Of a stretch of DNA of 64,000 nt, positions 19,435 to 29,723 are shown in pieces (positions within the stretch are counted from its first letter, which is position 1; each line of letters opens with the position of its first letter). The notes beneath the pieces are model-generated. The model ran no database searches. It was not told where the DNA came from and saw nothing but the letters and a program-made list of their open reading frames with translations. This stretch comes from an archaeon (GTDB lineage Archaea; Nanobdellota; Nanobdellia; Woesearchaeales; GW2011-AR9), in assembly GCA_030704845.1 (NCBI GenBank), contig JAUYKZ010000023.1:14262-78261 (forward strand). Reading direction: 5' to 3'. The position numbers and the translations under genes were made by a program.

Positions 19435-19663
19435 TTTTTAATATTTTATCTCTACTTTTCATTCCACTTTTGATTTCAACAGATAAACCAAATTCTTTCT
19501 TAAGAAATTTAATTAATTCCTGATTTGCTTTATTCTTATCCGGGATAGATTTTAGATATATTCTTACTTTATCACCTTCAATAACAATTTCATTCCTTCC
19601 AGAGTTTGGAATGACTCTTACTGAGAGTAAATTATTCTTAAAAAGAGAGTCTAGGTTTATCAT
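19424..19663 (-). CDS. DUF167/YggU family protein
   Basis: LSVRVIPNSGRNEI...LKSIPDKNKANQELIKFL pattern of the YggU family. Confidence 0.45.
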   Translation of the reverse strand: MINLDSLFKNNLLSVRVIPNSGRNEIVIEGDKVRIYLKSIPDKNKANQELIKFLKKEFGLSVEIKSGMKSRDKILKIID

Positions 19664-19961
19664 TTTGTAATATGAAATGGTACATTATGCAAGGTTCCCT
19701 AGATTCATTTAATCCTTCATAACGATCTCGAAGTATATATCCGAAGGGATAGTGTACATTATTTAGAATGTATCTTCTTGCTTCATCACTTAACGGTCCT
19801 TCTGACTTTCTTTCACAGATTCTTAAGCGGTAATCTTGATGGTTAACTTCTTCAGTGATATCAAGAATGCTCTGTTTAAGAGTTATAGTCTTATTTCTTA
19901 GCTGGTAAGCACCACAACCAGCAATAATCGAAGCAAGAGCTAATACTGCCACTTTATTCAT
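19638..19961 (-). CDS. hypothetical lipoprotein
   Basis: N-terminal signal with AGCG lipobox-like cysteine. Confidence 0.3.
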   Translation of the reverse strand: MNKVAVLALASIIAGCGAYQLRNKTITLKQSILDITEEVNHQDYRLRICERKSEGPLSDEARRYILNNVHYPFGYILRDRYEGLNESREPCIMYHFILQNDKPRLSF

Positions 19962-20054
19962 AGCTGTTTTTGAGCACTTCTTCTATATAAATTTATATCC
20001 TTTTTTAGAAGAGGAATCTTTAAAAAGAATGAAGGCTGGTAAGTCTCGGGGGGT

Positions 20055-20699
20055 ATGGGAGAGATAAAAATAACTCTAGAGACCTTGTACGATATTCTTA
20101 GGAATGAGAAGAAGCGTGAAGATCTTCAGGAACTGGAAACGACATTCTTTATAGATGTAATCGCATACCTTAACGAAAAGAAAAGTCTCCTTACTAGTAA
20201 ACAAGGAAGCGATGATTTATTTGCGGCTGGTGAAAGAGATAAACTAGAGTATGAATTAAGAAGCATTCAAAAAATCTTGAAAGAGATTTATGAAAAAAGG
20301 GAAAAGAAAATTATCGAGATTGCTTTGAATAGAAGTAGGACGGGGTCAGATATAATTGATACTAGTTCAATGTTGCTTGAAGAGAAAACGTTTTATGACC
20401 GGGTATTAAAAATTCTTGATCTTCATCGTCAAGGCGTGTTATTACAATTATTCAGAGGAAAATTTCCGGATATCACTGAAGAAGAACATCGAAGAGTTAG
20501 TCCTCTGTCAGAGATTGAATCTGTTTCTTCGCCATTAACATCGGACGGTTTAGCTCGGATTAGATTTCTTCGTGCTGTACCAAGTTTTGTTTGGAAGGAT
20601 ATGAAGGTTTACGGACCTTTTGAAATCGGCGAGATTACCGAGATTTTTCCAGAAGTAGCCGATTTGTTGGTAAGGAAGGGAAGAGCTCAGAAGTTGTGA
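20055..20699 (+). CDS. hypothetical protein (weak resemblance to a GINS subunit helical domain)
   Basis: LQELETTFFIDVIAYLNEK is loosely like the LQPLPxDFY...Y helix of GINS. Speculative. Confidence 0.25.
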   Translation: MGEIKITLETLYDILRNEKKREDLQELETTFFIDVIAYLNEKKSLLTSKQGSDDLFAAGERDKLEYELRSIQKILKEIYEKREKKIIEIALNRSRTGSDIIDTSSMLLEEKTFYDRVLKILDLHRQGVLLQLFRGKFPDITEEEHRRVSPLSEIESVSSPLTSDGLARIRFLRAVPSFVWKDMKVYGPFEIGEITEIFPEVADLLVRKGRAQKL

Positions 20700-20735
20700 G
20701 GAAACTACGTTAATTATTTAAAAAACGGGTCTTTT

Positions 20736-21401
20736 TTGAGTTCTATGAAAAAAATCATTACTGCAGACAATACAGAAACTTTCCTAAATGAAGAAGTTGG
20801 AGAGACATACCATTCTCATACCGGCGCAGTTGATGAAGCTCTGAAAAAGTATGCTATCCCTTGCAAGATTGCTGAGAAAGCTAAAACCGGGAAATTAAGA
20901 ATTCTGGACGCATTCTTTGGGATGGGATATAATTCTGCGATGGCTATCGATATCGCTTTAAAAGAAAATCCTGATTGCGTGATTGAAGTTTTTGGGTTAG
21001 AATTTGATCCAGAAATTATTAAGAAAATTCAGGAAGTAAACCCGCCAATTGATTTTTTTAAACATTACAAAAAACTTTCACCTACATCTCTAGAATTTAA
21101 GGAAGGTAATGTTACGGTTAAAATCTTACTTGGTGATGCTCGTGAAACGGTAAAAACTTTAACTGACGATTCTTTTGATGCCGTATTCTTTGATCCATTT
21201 TCTCCAAAGACAGCTCCGGAAATGTGGACGAAAGAATTATTTGAAGATGTTTATCGAATAATGAAAACCTCAGCTAATTTTGCTACTTATTCTTGTGCTA
21301 GAATGGCTAGAGATAATATTAGTGCAGCAGGTTTAATGTATGACGATGGCCCAATAGTTGGCAGAAGAGGACCTGGAACGATAGCTATGAAATGGATTTA
21401 G
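20736..21401 (+). CDS. MnmC-like SAM-dependent methyltransferase domain protein (DUF752)
   Basis: ILDAFFGMGYN ... FDAVFFDPFSPKTAPEMWTKELFEDVYRIMK matches the MnmC methyltransferase-domain signature (DxFSPxxNPELWT). TAG stop. Confidence 0.5.
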   Translation: MSSMKKIITADNTETFLNEEVGETYHSHTGAVDEALKKYAIPCKIAEKAKTGKLRILDAFFGMGYNSAMAIDIALKENPDCVIEVFGLEFDPEIIKKIQEVNPPIDFFKHYKKLSPTSLEFKEGNVTVKILLGDARETVKTLTDDSFDAVFFDPFSPKTAPEMWTKELFEDVYRIMKTSANFATYSCARMARDNISAAGLMYDDGPIVGRRGPGTIAMKWI

Positions 21402-21491
21402 AGAATAATAAAGTTTATTAATTGATTATTTTCTAATAGAATAAGATATTTCTTTATTGATGGATAGAAATGTCTTAAAAATGTTTTAAAA

Positions 21492-22025
21492 ATGGAGAGG
21501 TCAATTACAATGAAAAAACTACAAACATTAGCAATGATTTTAGGAATGGGTTTATCAGGATGTCAAGAAAAGGTTGATGTATCAAGTAAACCTACAGTGG
21601 AAGAATCAGATAAATCAGCTTACTCTTTATCTGAAAAAGTTGGATTTCAATATGACGTTGAAGGCGATGGAGGGGATTATTCCTTTAAGATCACTGGTTC
21701 TGGTTCCGAAATTACCTCCAGCCTTTTAATTAGCACTGGTAGAAGTGATGGATTGAGGTTATATGTATTATCTATAGATAGCAATAATGATGGTAAATTA
21801 GATTATGTTTATTATTCCGATCAGGTATTAGGATTAGATGTTTTCATACATGGACGTCTGGAAAATAATTCCAGAATCGTTAATGGCAATATGAATCCCA
21901 AGGAAGTAGAAACAATTTACCGAAGAGCATCTAAAAGGTATCTTGATTTCAAAAAGAATCATGGTATTGAAGAAAAAATATCTGCTTATAATCCTTCAGA
22001 ATTGATGAGAGTAAAAGAGTTTTAA
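21492..22025 (+). CDS. hypothetical lipoprotein
   Basis: Signal peptide with LSGC lipobox. Confidence 0.35.
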   Translation: MERSITMKKLQTLAMILGMGLSGCQEKVDVSSKPTVEESDKSAYSLSEKVGFQYDVEGDGGDYSFKITGSGSEITSSLLISTGRSDGLRLYVLSIDSNNDGKLDYVYYSDQVLGLDVFIHGRLENNSRIVNGNMNPKEVETIYRRASKRYLDFKKNHGIEEKISAYNPSELMRVKEF

Positions 22026-22036
22026 TTTTTTTACTT

Positions 22037-22630
22037 TTATTTTTTTTTGTTTCTTCCTCTCATCCTAACTTCTTCCAATCTATCTAGAATTTCTTTTCCG
22101 TTAGGATTATTTTCAGAATATCCTTGCAGAACATTTTCAAATAAGCCGGGAAGTTCGTAATGAGTACTTTCCAATGTTCTTTCAAGTAAAAACAAATCAA
22201 CAGCTTTATCTTCAGTTTTTTCTGAGAAAAATGATAAACCAAAATCAATAAAATGAAGAGCTCTATTTTCCTTATGAACAATCATGTTTGAAGTTGTTAA
22301 ATCGCCATGGATAATTCCGTTGGTATGTAACTCAGCTACTCTTAGACCAATCTCGCGAGAAAATGTATGGTCCATTACATCTTTCAGTTTTTCACCAGGT
22401 ATGAAATCCATCACGATGGACATTCTTTCATCGGAAAAATTCTTTAAATGTGGGGCTGGAAAATTAGTTTCTGCAAGTCTTCCAAGAACCTTAGCTTCTC
22501 TTCTGGTTCTAAATTTACGAAGAGATTCATCTAAATGGGGATAACGATATTTTTTACTGAACCTTTCTTTTATAACATCATTATGATCTTTGTATAGTAC
22601 AGCTTCCGCACCTTGAGCAATTTTAAGCAT
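22037..22630 (-). CDS. bud32: Bud32/PRPK kinase (KEOPS complex)
   Basis: Minimal RIO-like kinase of about 200 aa with an IIHGDLTTSNMIV catalytic loop. Confidence 0.7.
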   Translation of the reverse strand: MLKIAQGAEAVLYKDHNDVIKERFSKKYRYPHLDESLRKFRTRREAKVLGRLAETNFPAPHLKNFSDERMSIVMDFIPGEKLKDVMDHTFSREIGLRVAELHTNGIIHGDLTTSNMIVHKENRALHFIDFGLSFFSEKTEDKAVDLFLLERTLESTHYELPGLFENVLQGYSENNPNGKEILDRLEEVRMRGRNKKK

Positions 22631-22784
22631 AGAAGGAAAGAATAGACTTATTCTTTATAAATTATACTCAAAAACAAAAAAACTCTTAATTTATGTATGA
22701 AAATAAGTGGGTAGAAGTTTTCCTAGTTTTTGGTATCCCAAAGTGCGGTCATAAAAAAGAACTTTCCACACTTTGTTGATATTG

Positions 22785-23174
22785 TTAATCCGTTAGTGCA
22801 AAATAAAGAATTGTTCTGGTATCATCAGGTACAAACCCAACGAATGAATAAAGAAATTTACGGTCATTTTCAGATGGTTCCTTACCGGGAAAACAGGTTT
22901 CTTCTAAAAGTTTAACTCCGCCGCCAATTATGCCAATCACAATATCGCCCTTTTCATTTTCAGGGAATACTTTTCCACGAATAAGGTCGGTAGCATCGGT
23001 CTTTTCTACACTTATGGGGAGATATCTTTCCATAAAATATTCTAATGGGATTGCTGTAGCACATCCATACTCTCGATGAACATCTGCAGTAAAACTGGAA
23101 ACTCTTTCAATCACATCAGAGGAATATCCAGAAAAACCAACAATCCCTGATGCTAAAATGATTTGAGTTAACAT
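22785..23174 (-). CDS. hypothetical protein (possible KEOPS partner such as Cgi121, by adjacency only)
   Basis: ORF. No motif recognised. Confidence 0.25.
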   Translation of the reverse strand: MLTQIILASGIVGFSGYSSDVIERVSSFTADVHREYGCATAIPLEYFMERYLPISVEKTDATDLIRGKVFPENEKGDIVIGIIGGGVKLLEETCFPGKEPSENDRKFLYSFVGFVPDDTRTILYFALTD

Positions 23175-23220
23175 ATTTACTTAGTTTAGTCTCCTTTTTA
23201 AAAAGGTTATGATAAATATG

Positions 23221-23547
23221 TTATAATTTGCTTAAAACAGTATCTATCTTCTGTTTTAACATTGGTTTTGGAGAAAATCCTACAATTCTATCTGTTTCCT
23301 CGCCTTTATTGAAAATTATAAGGCAAGGTATTCCAGTAACCATCATGTTACCTGCAACTTGCGGATATTCTTCAGTTGAAATCTTTGCGAATTTTAATTT
23401 TCCTTCGTATTCTTTACTTACCTCTTCAAAGATTGGAGTAAGCATTTTACATGGACCACACCATGATGCCCAGAAATCTACGATAACTGGCAAATTTGAT
23501 TCAAGAACCTCTTTTTGAAAACTTTCCTCAGTTAATTCCATGACCAT
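23221..23547 (-). CDS. trxA: thioredoxin
   Basis: [17 protein letters not shown] active-site motif. 108 aa. Confidence 0.8.
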   Translation of the reverse strand: MVMELTEESFQKEVLESNLPVIVDFWASWCGPCKMLTPIFEEVSKEYEGKLKFAKISTEEYPQVAGNMMVTGIPCLIIFNKGEETDRIVGFSPKPMLKQKIDTVLSKL

Positions 23548-23667
23548 TTTAATTACCTCAATAGCTTGGAAACTTGCTTCCTTTTAATTGTTTTTCTATT
23601 GGGAATATCTTGTTGAGGGACCATCATCGCCGTAATCTTTATAAACAAATCTTTCCTAGTAAATGAC

Positions 23668-24801
23668 GTGATGGATGTGAAAATAAAGTATCTTGTACTT
23701 TTGGTCTTATTTTTATCACTTTTATCAACCTCTGCTTTGGCAGTTGAAAATGATTGTTTATACTACTTTTATGGAAAAAATTGTGTGGAATGTAATGATG
23801 CGGAAAAATATATCGATTCTTTAATAGTTAAATATCCTTCTTTAAATTTACAGAAATATGAAGTGTATCATAGCCCAAGTAATGAAAAATTACTTGATGA
23901 TTATTTCGAACATTTTTCTGTTGAGAAAAACTCTCGGGGAGTTCCCGTAGTTTTCATGCATGGAAGTTATCTAATTGGTAATGATTCAATCAGACAATAT
24001 TTGGATGGTTCCATCAGAGAAAACAATAATGTAGCTTGTCCTTCTTTAACAGACTCATTTGCTATTGGTTTAGTTGGATCAAAACAACCTTATCATGTTC
24101 TTGACACAATCTCATTTACTTTAATTGCCGGGTCTGCAATTCAAGATAGTACTTCAATGGCAATTCTTGCTGTTCTACTTATTTTCCTTCTTTTACTAAG
24201 CGTAGTTAAAGATAAACAGAAAAGTATTCAGTTGGGAGTTTTATTTGTAATGATGATTGTTGGATTAAATTTATTATTTGGGTTAGGTTTATTTAGAGAA
24301 TTTGCTTCTTCATCAATCTCAAGATATTTTGCTAAATTAATTGGTTTAATTGCCGTTTCTTTAGGTGCGGGCGGAATTTACGCTTTCTTCCAGCATAAAC
24401 CATCATTCATTAGCGAAGAATCTCGAGAACGGTTATTGAATAAATTAAGATTTTTTAGAACTCCCGGCGGAGTTGTTATCCTCGGATTTGTTACAGGTTT
24501 ATTTTCGTTAGGTTTGAGAAGTGAAGGTTTCATGACTTTGCAAAGTATTTCTATTAACAATGCAGCTGCATTAGCAGCTTTGCCCATGTTAATATTTTAT
24601 GCGATAATCTTTTCTGTTCCTTTTATTTTATTAATAGTTGCGATGTATAACATAAAAAAACATCTTGAACATAGAGCTAAGATTAAAGGAAAAGATTATG
24701 TAGATAAAGTTTTAATTTGGAACGAGCATCATCATCAAGTTCTTAATTTTGTTGTTAACGCAATCGTATTTGTGGTTGGTGTTGGATTATTAGTTGTTTA
24801 A
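23668..24801 (+). CDS. polytopic membrane protein with N-terminal thioredoxin-like CxxC domain (possible thiol-disulfide oxidoreductase)
   Basis: Signal peptide, then YFYGKNCVEC, followed by multiple hydrophobic helices. Confidence 0.35.
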   Translation: MMDVKIKYLVLLVLFLSLLSTSALAVENDCLYYFYGKNCVECNDAEKYIDSLIVKYPSLNLQKYEVYHSPSNEKLLDDYFEHFSVEKNSRGVPVVFMHGSYLIGNDSIRQYLDGSIRENNNVACPSLTDSFAIGLVGSKQPYHVLDTISFTLIAGSAIQDSTSMAILAVLLIFLLLLSVVKDKQKSIQLGVLFVMMIVGLNLLFGLGLFREFASSSISRYFAKLIGLIAVSLGAGGIYAFFQHKPSFISEESRERLLNKLRFFRTPGGVVILGFVTGLFSLGLRSEGFMTLQSISINNAAALAALPMLIFYAIIFSVPFILLIVAMYNIKKHLEHRAKIKGKDYVDKVLIWNEHHHQVLNFVVNAIVFVVGVGLLVV

Positions 24802-24802
24802 A

Positions 24803-25285
24803 TCAATTTAAATAATGGTCTTGTGAGTGTAAATCGGGTTTATTTTTTTCAGATATTGTTATGTTTACTTTTACTTTTGTTCCAGGTATTCTAGATCTTC
24901 TTAATGATAATACTTTTGTTTTAAACCTATATATTCCATCAACTTTCTCACCTTGATTTAATTCTAGAAATCCGCCATCAGAACATGCTGGTCGATTATC
25001 ATTACCAACTGAACAAAGGGAGTAAGATACAGATAAATCATCTGTTAGGTAAGAATCAGGGATTGTAAGATTAATTTTTCCTGCCACTTTGTAAACATCT
25101 CCATTTAAACGGCACATTTCTACATCTGAAGAGATATTTTCTAACCCTTCTTTATCTCCTTTAGTGGTTGTAATATCTTCGATACATTCGGTAGTTACAG
25201 CTACGGCTGGTTTAACGTCATCTGCGTTTGCATGGCAGGTATAAGTAGCTAGTAGGATTCCAATGGCAAGTTTTTTTGATATCAT
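24803..25285 (-). CDS. hypothetical secreted protein
   Basis: Signal peptide. Cys-containing. Confidence 0.3.
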   Translation of the reverse strand: MISKKLAIGILLATYTCHANADDVKPAVAVTTECIEDITTTKGDKEGLENISSDVEMCRLNGDVYKVAGKINLTIPDSYLTDDLSVSYSLCSVGNDNRPACSDGGFLELNQGEKVDGIYRFKTKVLSLRRSRIPGTKVKVNITISEKNKPDLHSQDHYLN

Positions 25286-25379
25286 TTTTCTTTCAATTCT
25301 CCATTATGCAAAAATTGCCAGAAAACCATTGACTTTAGTCAATGATGGTTGGCACATTTTTCTAGCTATTTTGCATCCT

Positions 25380-25455
25380 AAAAATGCGTAATTTAAATAC
25401 CGTCTTTTTCAAACCTTACCTTCAAGGCAAGGTAAGACGGTTTAACGCATTTTTA
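25380..25455. repeat. intergenic nested palindrome with arms taaaaatgcgtaa / ttaacgcattttta
   Basis: Read directly. Inner stems are taccgtctt/aagacggt and ccttacc/ggtaagg. Confidence 0.5.
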
Positions 25456-25492
25456 TGATTTTTTTAAATTCTTCTGTGATTTTTGTTCAATT

Positions 25493-26911
25493 CTAATCTT
25501 TATCGCAGATGCCTTCATACTCATTAAACATCCTGGTTACATCTTCTCTAGTAAATTTTCTGGGGTCAGGATTTATTTGATATCTAAAACTATTAACTAT
25601 GTTATCTACACAATTTCTATCAAAATATCCCAGATTTAAAGATCTCATCATAATTTCAAATTGTTTTTGCATACCTTCTTTAGATTGGTATTGATCAATG
25701 GTTTCTAAATATTTTTCCATTTCAGAAAAGGTTGTAATTCCACGTACTGCAAAATTTTTTACAATCTGATAGGGGTTTGGATAATTACTAATCCTATCAA
25801 TAAATGCTATTGGAAGTTCAATCCCAATGTTTAAAAGATCATTCATTCCTTTTAAATTTGATTTCCCAGATTTCTCTAAAAACTCTTTAAGGCATTCTTT
25901 CTCATTATTACATTGAGCAACATAGGTGCAATCACTTGATTCTAAGTGTCTTGATATTGAATATAATTTTAACGATTCTGGATTGATATTTCCATCTTCT
26001 TTCTTTTCAAAATCAAAATCTAACAATTTTCTATCACAAGAATAAACTTTTCTCCCGGGAAGGGAATAAGCAGCAACATTTGCTAAGTTTAATTCTCTGT
26101 CTCGACCTTCTCCGGCATTACAACTTGCAAATAAAACTATGGCGTCTTTATCAAATAATTTCTCGTAAGGTGAAAGAATTCTTATTAATTGATCCCAATG
26201 GATTATGATTTCATCTTCTCTTGTTTTTCCTTCAAAAGTTATTTCTTGTATATCTGTTATCAAAGAATATCTGCTACCGTGAGCTCCAAAAACAAGTCCA
26301 GCAACTTTTCCTTTCATTTTTCCTTTAACTATTGCTTCTCCATTTCTAAACAGTTCATTTATCGAAAATTCTATCATGGCTTTTCTTAATTCTTCTTTAC
26401 CACTAACCTCGTAAAGTACAACTCTATATCTATCTAAAAGGTCTTTAATTTTATCGGTTTTTTCTTCTAAAGGATGAATCCTAAATGGTAGACTGTGGTC
26501 ATATTTGCCCATGATAAACAATATCGTTGGTTTCTCAAGATCTTCTAATGGTCGTTTATTTAATGCTTCTAACACCTTCATAGAATATCTTTGGGGGTTA
26601 ATTATGAAATGGTTTGAATATAGGTTGCTTGTTAGTTTATCATATGCTCTAAACTCTTCCAAGTCCATGTTTTCGATAATTTCTTCTAGTTCTTCTCTTA
26701 CTTCTGAACTATATTCTTTGTCATAATTAGCTTGTTCTTCGATTTTTGTTTGGTAAAAGTTTAATAAATCATTTTTTGACAATTCAAGAACTCGAGTTTC
26801 ATATCTTTCTGCACTATTAAGATGTTGCACTGGAGCAGCGCATCCACTAAGAACTGTTGCGGCAGAAAGTACTAGGTTGCAGAGAGTTTGTTTAAGATTC
26901 ATTTTAATCAT
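25493..26911 (-). CDS. hypothetical lipoprotein (472 aa)
   Basis: Signal with LSGC lipobox. No domain recognised. Confidence 0.35.
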   Translation of the reverse strand: MIKMNLKQTLCNLVLSAATVLSGCAAPVQHLNSAERYETRVLELSKNDLLNFYQTKIEEQANYDKEYSSEVREELEEIIENMDLEEFRAYDKLTSNLYSNHFIINPQRYSMKVLEALNKRPLEDLEKPTILFIMGKYDHSLPFRIHPLEEKTDKIKDLLDRYRVVLYEVSGKEELRKAMIEFSINELFRNGEAIVKGKMKGKVAGLVFGAHGSRYSLITDIQEITFEGKTREDEIIIHWDQLIRILSPYEKLFDKDAIVLFASCNAGEGRDRELNLANVAAYSLPGRKVYSCDRKLLDFDFEKKEDGNINPESLKLYSISRHLESSDCTYVAQCNNEKECLKEFLEKSGKSNLKGMNDLLNIGIELPIAFIDRISNYPNPYQIVKNFAVRGITTFSEMEKYLETIDQYQSKEGMQKQFEIMMRSLNLGYFDRNCVDNIVNSFRYQINPDPRKFTREDVTRMFNEYEGICDKD

Positions 26912-27992
26912 CTACCTCATATTCTCGGCCATTTATTTCTTCAATTAATCTTACCGCTCTTTCAACATTGTTTTTCCGATCTGCATCTTTATATCCCCTA
27001 AATGAATCAACAAAGTTCTTTAGAGAGACTTCAGCTTGAAGATCAAAGTATAAACTTCTCTTATTGTTCTTTTCAATAAAATCAAAAAATTCTTGAGCCA
27101 TCTCTGGGTTCTCTACTCCAGTTCTAGCTAAATATCTAATGGTGTGTATTCCCTCATTATCAAATTCACGGATAATTTCGTAGGTCTCAGAATCATTCTT
27201 GGAAGAACTTAATCCTTCCATAATCATTTCAAAATTCTCTTTCAGATCTGAGTGAGAATCAGTTTCCATTAAATCTTTTAGTTCATCAAGAGCATCTCTT
27301 GCTAAAGCTACCTCTTTTTTAAGATCATCGTCGGTCTTAAGATATTCATGAATTGTTTTAGAGATTTCATAGGCAAAGAATTTGCTGGTTTTTTCTATAC
27401 ATTCCTCAGCTCTTCTCCAGTTTCCTGAATTAAGACCAATTGCTTCCATGTAATTTGGATCAGAGGATTTTTTTCTTGATTCCCCTACTACTTTTAGAAA
27501 ATCATATAATTTCTGTTTTCTGCGTGGATTACAAATGGATTCGTGAATAAAGCTGTTATTATATCCACTAGATTCAAAGAATTTATCAATTCCATCTTGC
27601 GTGGCTATTGGCGTTTCTTCATTATCGATATCAATTATGATTGGTAGTTGTTCTTTTCCAAACAAACCATATCTGTTCAAACAAACAATTTTAAAATCAG
27701 GCAATTCATCCAGACAAGCTTCTACTTCATCCTCAAGATCTTCGAAGGTTTTTGGTTTTTCTTCTTCCAGCTCTGGAATAATTCCTAATGGGTATAACTT
27801 TCTGGCTTTCTCCATGTTCCTTCGCAGATTCTCATTAATAAAAGGTTTTTTTGGGGTGGTACTACTTTCATAAACAATTTCTGGAGCAGGTTCATAGTTA
27901 TTAGCTGGTCTTGTTGGTGGTCTGTAAAGTCCTAAGGCTAAGAAAGCTGCTGCGCCTAGTCCAAGGATTCCAGTAGCTGTACGTTTATTCAT
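26904..27992 (-). CDS. hypothetical membrane-anchored/secreted protein
   Basis: N-terminal hydrophobic segment. Overlaps the downstream lipoprotein gene by 8 nt, suggesting an operon. Confidence 0.35.
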   Translation of the reverse strand: MNKRTATGILGLGAAAFLALGLYRPPTRPANNYEPAPEIVYESSTTPKKPFINENLRRNMEKARKLYPLGIIPELEEEKPKTFEDLEDEVEACLDELPDFKIVCLNRYGLFGKEQLPIIIDIDNEETPIATQDGIDKFFESSGYNNSFIHESICNPRRKQKLYDFLKVVGESRKKSSDPNYMEAIGLNSGNWRRAEECIEKTSKFFAYEISKTIHEYLKTDDDLKKEVALARDALDELKDLMETDSHSDLKENFEMIMEGLSSSKNDSETYEIIREFDNEGIHTIRYLARTGVENPEMAQEFFDFIEKNNKRSLYFDLQAEVSLKNFVDSFRGYKDADRKNNVERAVRLIEEINGREYEVDD

Positions 27993-28310
27993 CTTTAATC
28001 TCCAATTTTAGAATAGACTTCTTATCTACAAGCAGAATTCCTTTTCCCATAGCTGTAGCAACTTCTAAACACCTAACTTTGGTATTCTCATCCCAGTCTA
28101 GATTGCGAACTATATCGATAGGTAAAGAAAGCTTGTACTGGTGCTTGTTTTTAGTAATTTTACGTTCCATGAGTAATTATTGAGTAATCAAAGTGCCTAT
28201 TTTATAAGTGTTTCCATGTAGATTTACTAAAATCCAAAATATCAAAAAATCAAGATGATTAACGAAAGTCTTATATATCTTGATATATATTCGATATCAA
28301 TTGATACAAA

Positions 28311-28622
28311 ATGTCTACTCAAATATTACAATTCAAAGATACTGAAGTTCTAAAAAAGGATGATGACCAGATTAAAAGATATCCCAACTTAAATACTGTT
28401 TTAATGGTAGAAGATTTTCTTAAAGAGCATAGAGATATGCCTATGAAAATCTCTGAAATCAGAAAAAATCTTCCTAAACAAGTTATGAATCAAACACTGC
28501 AAGTAATTCTAGAGTATCTCTGGAGAAGCGGAAAAATTATATATGGTCCGAAGGGTGTCCAGTGGATTTATTCAGAACCTCAACATCTAAAGAAGATGTT
28601 TGATGATACTTTGGAGATTTAG
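28311..28622 (+). CDS. hypothetical protein (possible winged-helix fold)
   Basis: ORF only. Confidence 0.25.
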   Translation: MSTQILQFKDTEVLKKDDDQIKRYPNLNTVLMVEDFLKEHRDMPMKISEIRKNLPKQVMNQTLQVILEYLWRSGKIIYGPKGVQWIYSEPQHLKKMFDDTLEI

Positions 28623-28750
28623 TAAAATGTTTGTTGGCAAGGAAGTAAGGGTTCTTTTGAAAGGTCAAGCTAAAGAAAGTTTTCTTGAATTAAAAAAAAG
28701 AGATGATAAAGAATCCCAAACTCTTCTAAACTCTATTAATAGAATTAGAG

Positions 28751-28847
28751 ATATACTGAACGAAAAGTATTTTTGTGAACTTTTCGTTGGTATATACAAA
28801 CGCTAAATGAATTAAGTTCCAAATTTCATTTAGCGTTGAGTATATAT
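28751..28847. repeat. Copy B (reverse complement) of the 97-bp repeat at 2217-2316
   Basis: atatactgaacgaaaagtatttttgtgaacttttcgttggtatatacaaacgctaaatgaattaagttccaaatttcatttagcgttgagtatatat. This is an exact reverse complement of copy A as far as I can read. Confidence 0.8.
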
Positions 28848-29015
28848 TAAAAGATAACCCTCAGTTTGGTGATCCGATTACTAAAAAATTAATCCCATTA
28901 AAGCTTAAACAGCAGGGGATACAAAATCTTTATCGTGTTGAATTATCTAACTATTGGAGATTACTTTACACTCTTGAGGGAACCAAGGTTGAGATATTTG
29001 CTTTTGTCTTGAGTA

Positions 29016-29723
29016 TTGTTGATCACAAAGAATATGATAAATTATTTGGTTACAAGAAATATTAAAATGCCAACATCTCCAGAAATTAAGACAGTATTCA
29101 CTCTTTTAGAGAAAACACATCCCAAAACAATGCTAGAGCAAATGGCCGGAAGTAGTCCATTTCAAATGTTAGTGGCCACTTTACTTAGTGCCAGAACTAA
29201 AGATCTAACTGTAATTCCTATCGTTAAAGATCTATTTAAAAAGTATCCTACGCCTAAGAATTTTCTTAAAATTTCAGTAACTGAACTTGAAAAAAAATTC
29301 TATAAAATTGGTTTTTTCAGAGTTAAAGCAAAGAACGTAAAAAAGCTAGCTGAAACTTTAGTTGAAAAATACGATAGCAAAGTCCCAGATACTCTGGAGG
29401 AATTAATTTCATTACCAGGGATAGGAAGAAAAACCGCGAATTGTATGTTGAATTATGCTTTTAATAAACCGGCAATTGCGGTAGATATTCACGTTCATAG
29501 AATTTCTAACAGACTCGGTTGGATTAATACTAAAACCCCGGAGAAGTCTGAAGAAGCATTAGAGGAGGTTATTCCAAAAGATGAATGGATTAACGTAAAT
29601 AAACTTCTTGTAGGTCATGGACAAACTATATGTACGCCGATTAATCCGAAGTGTAATGTTTGTCAGGTTAAGAAATATTGTAAATATGGAAAAAATAAAT
29701 TTGAAGAATCTAAAACTATTTAG
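29016..29723 (+). CDS. nth: endonuclease III (HhH-GPD DNA glycosylase, Fe-S)
   Basis: LPGIGRKTANCML helix-hairpin-helix and a C-terminal CTPINPKCNVCQVKKYC Fe-S cluster loop. The start may be the Met at about 29067. Confidence 0.75.
   Translation: MLITKNMINYLVTRNIKMPTSPEIKTVFTLLEKTHPKTMLEQMAGSSPFQMLVATLLSARTKDLTVIPIVKDLFKKYPTPKNFLKISVTELEKKFYKIGFFRVKAKNVKKLAETLVEKYDSKVPDTLEELISLPGIGRKTANCMLNYAFNKPAIAVDIHVHRISNRLGWINTKTPEKSEEALEEVIPKDEWINVNKLLVGHGQTICTPINPKCNVCQVKKYCKYGKNKFEESKTI

Noticed and set aside
2320-28751. 26-kb segment between the inverted 97-bp repeats as a prophage or integrated element
   Set aside because: The content is core housekeeping (tRNAi, tfs, signal peptidase, thyA/folA, UDG, archease). 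No integrase or capsid genes are present.
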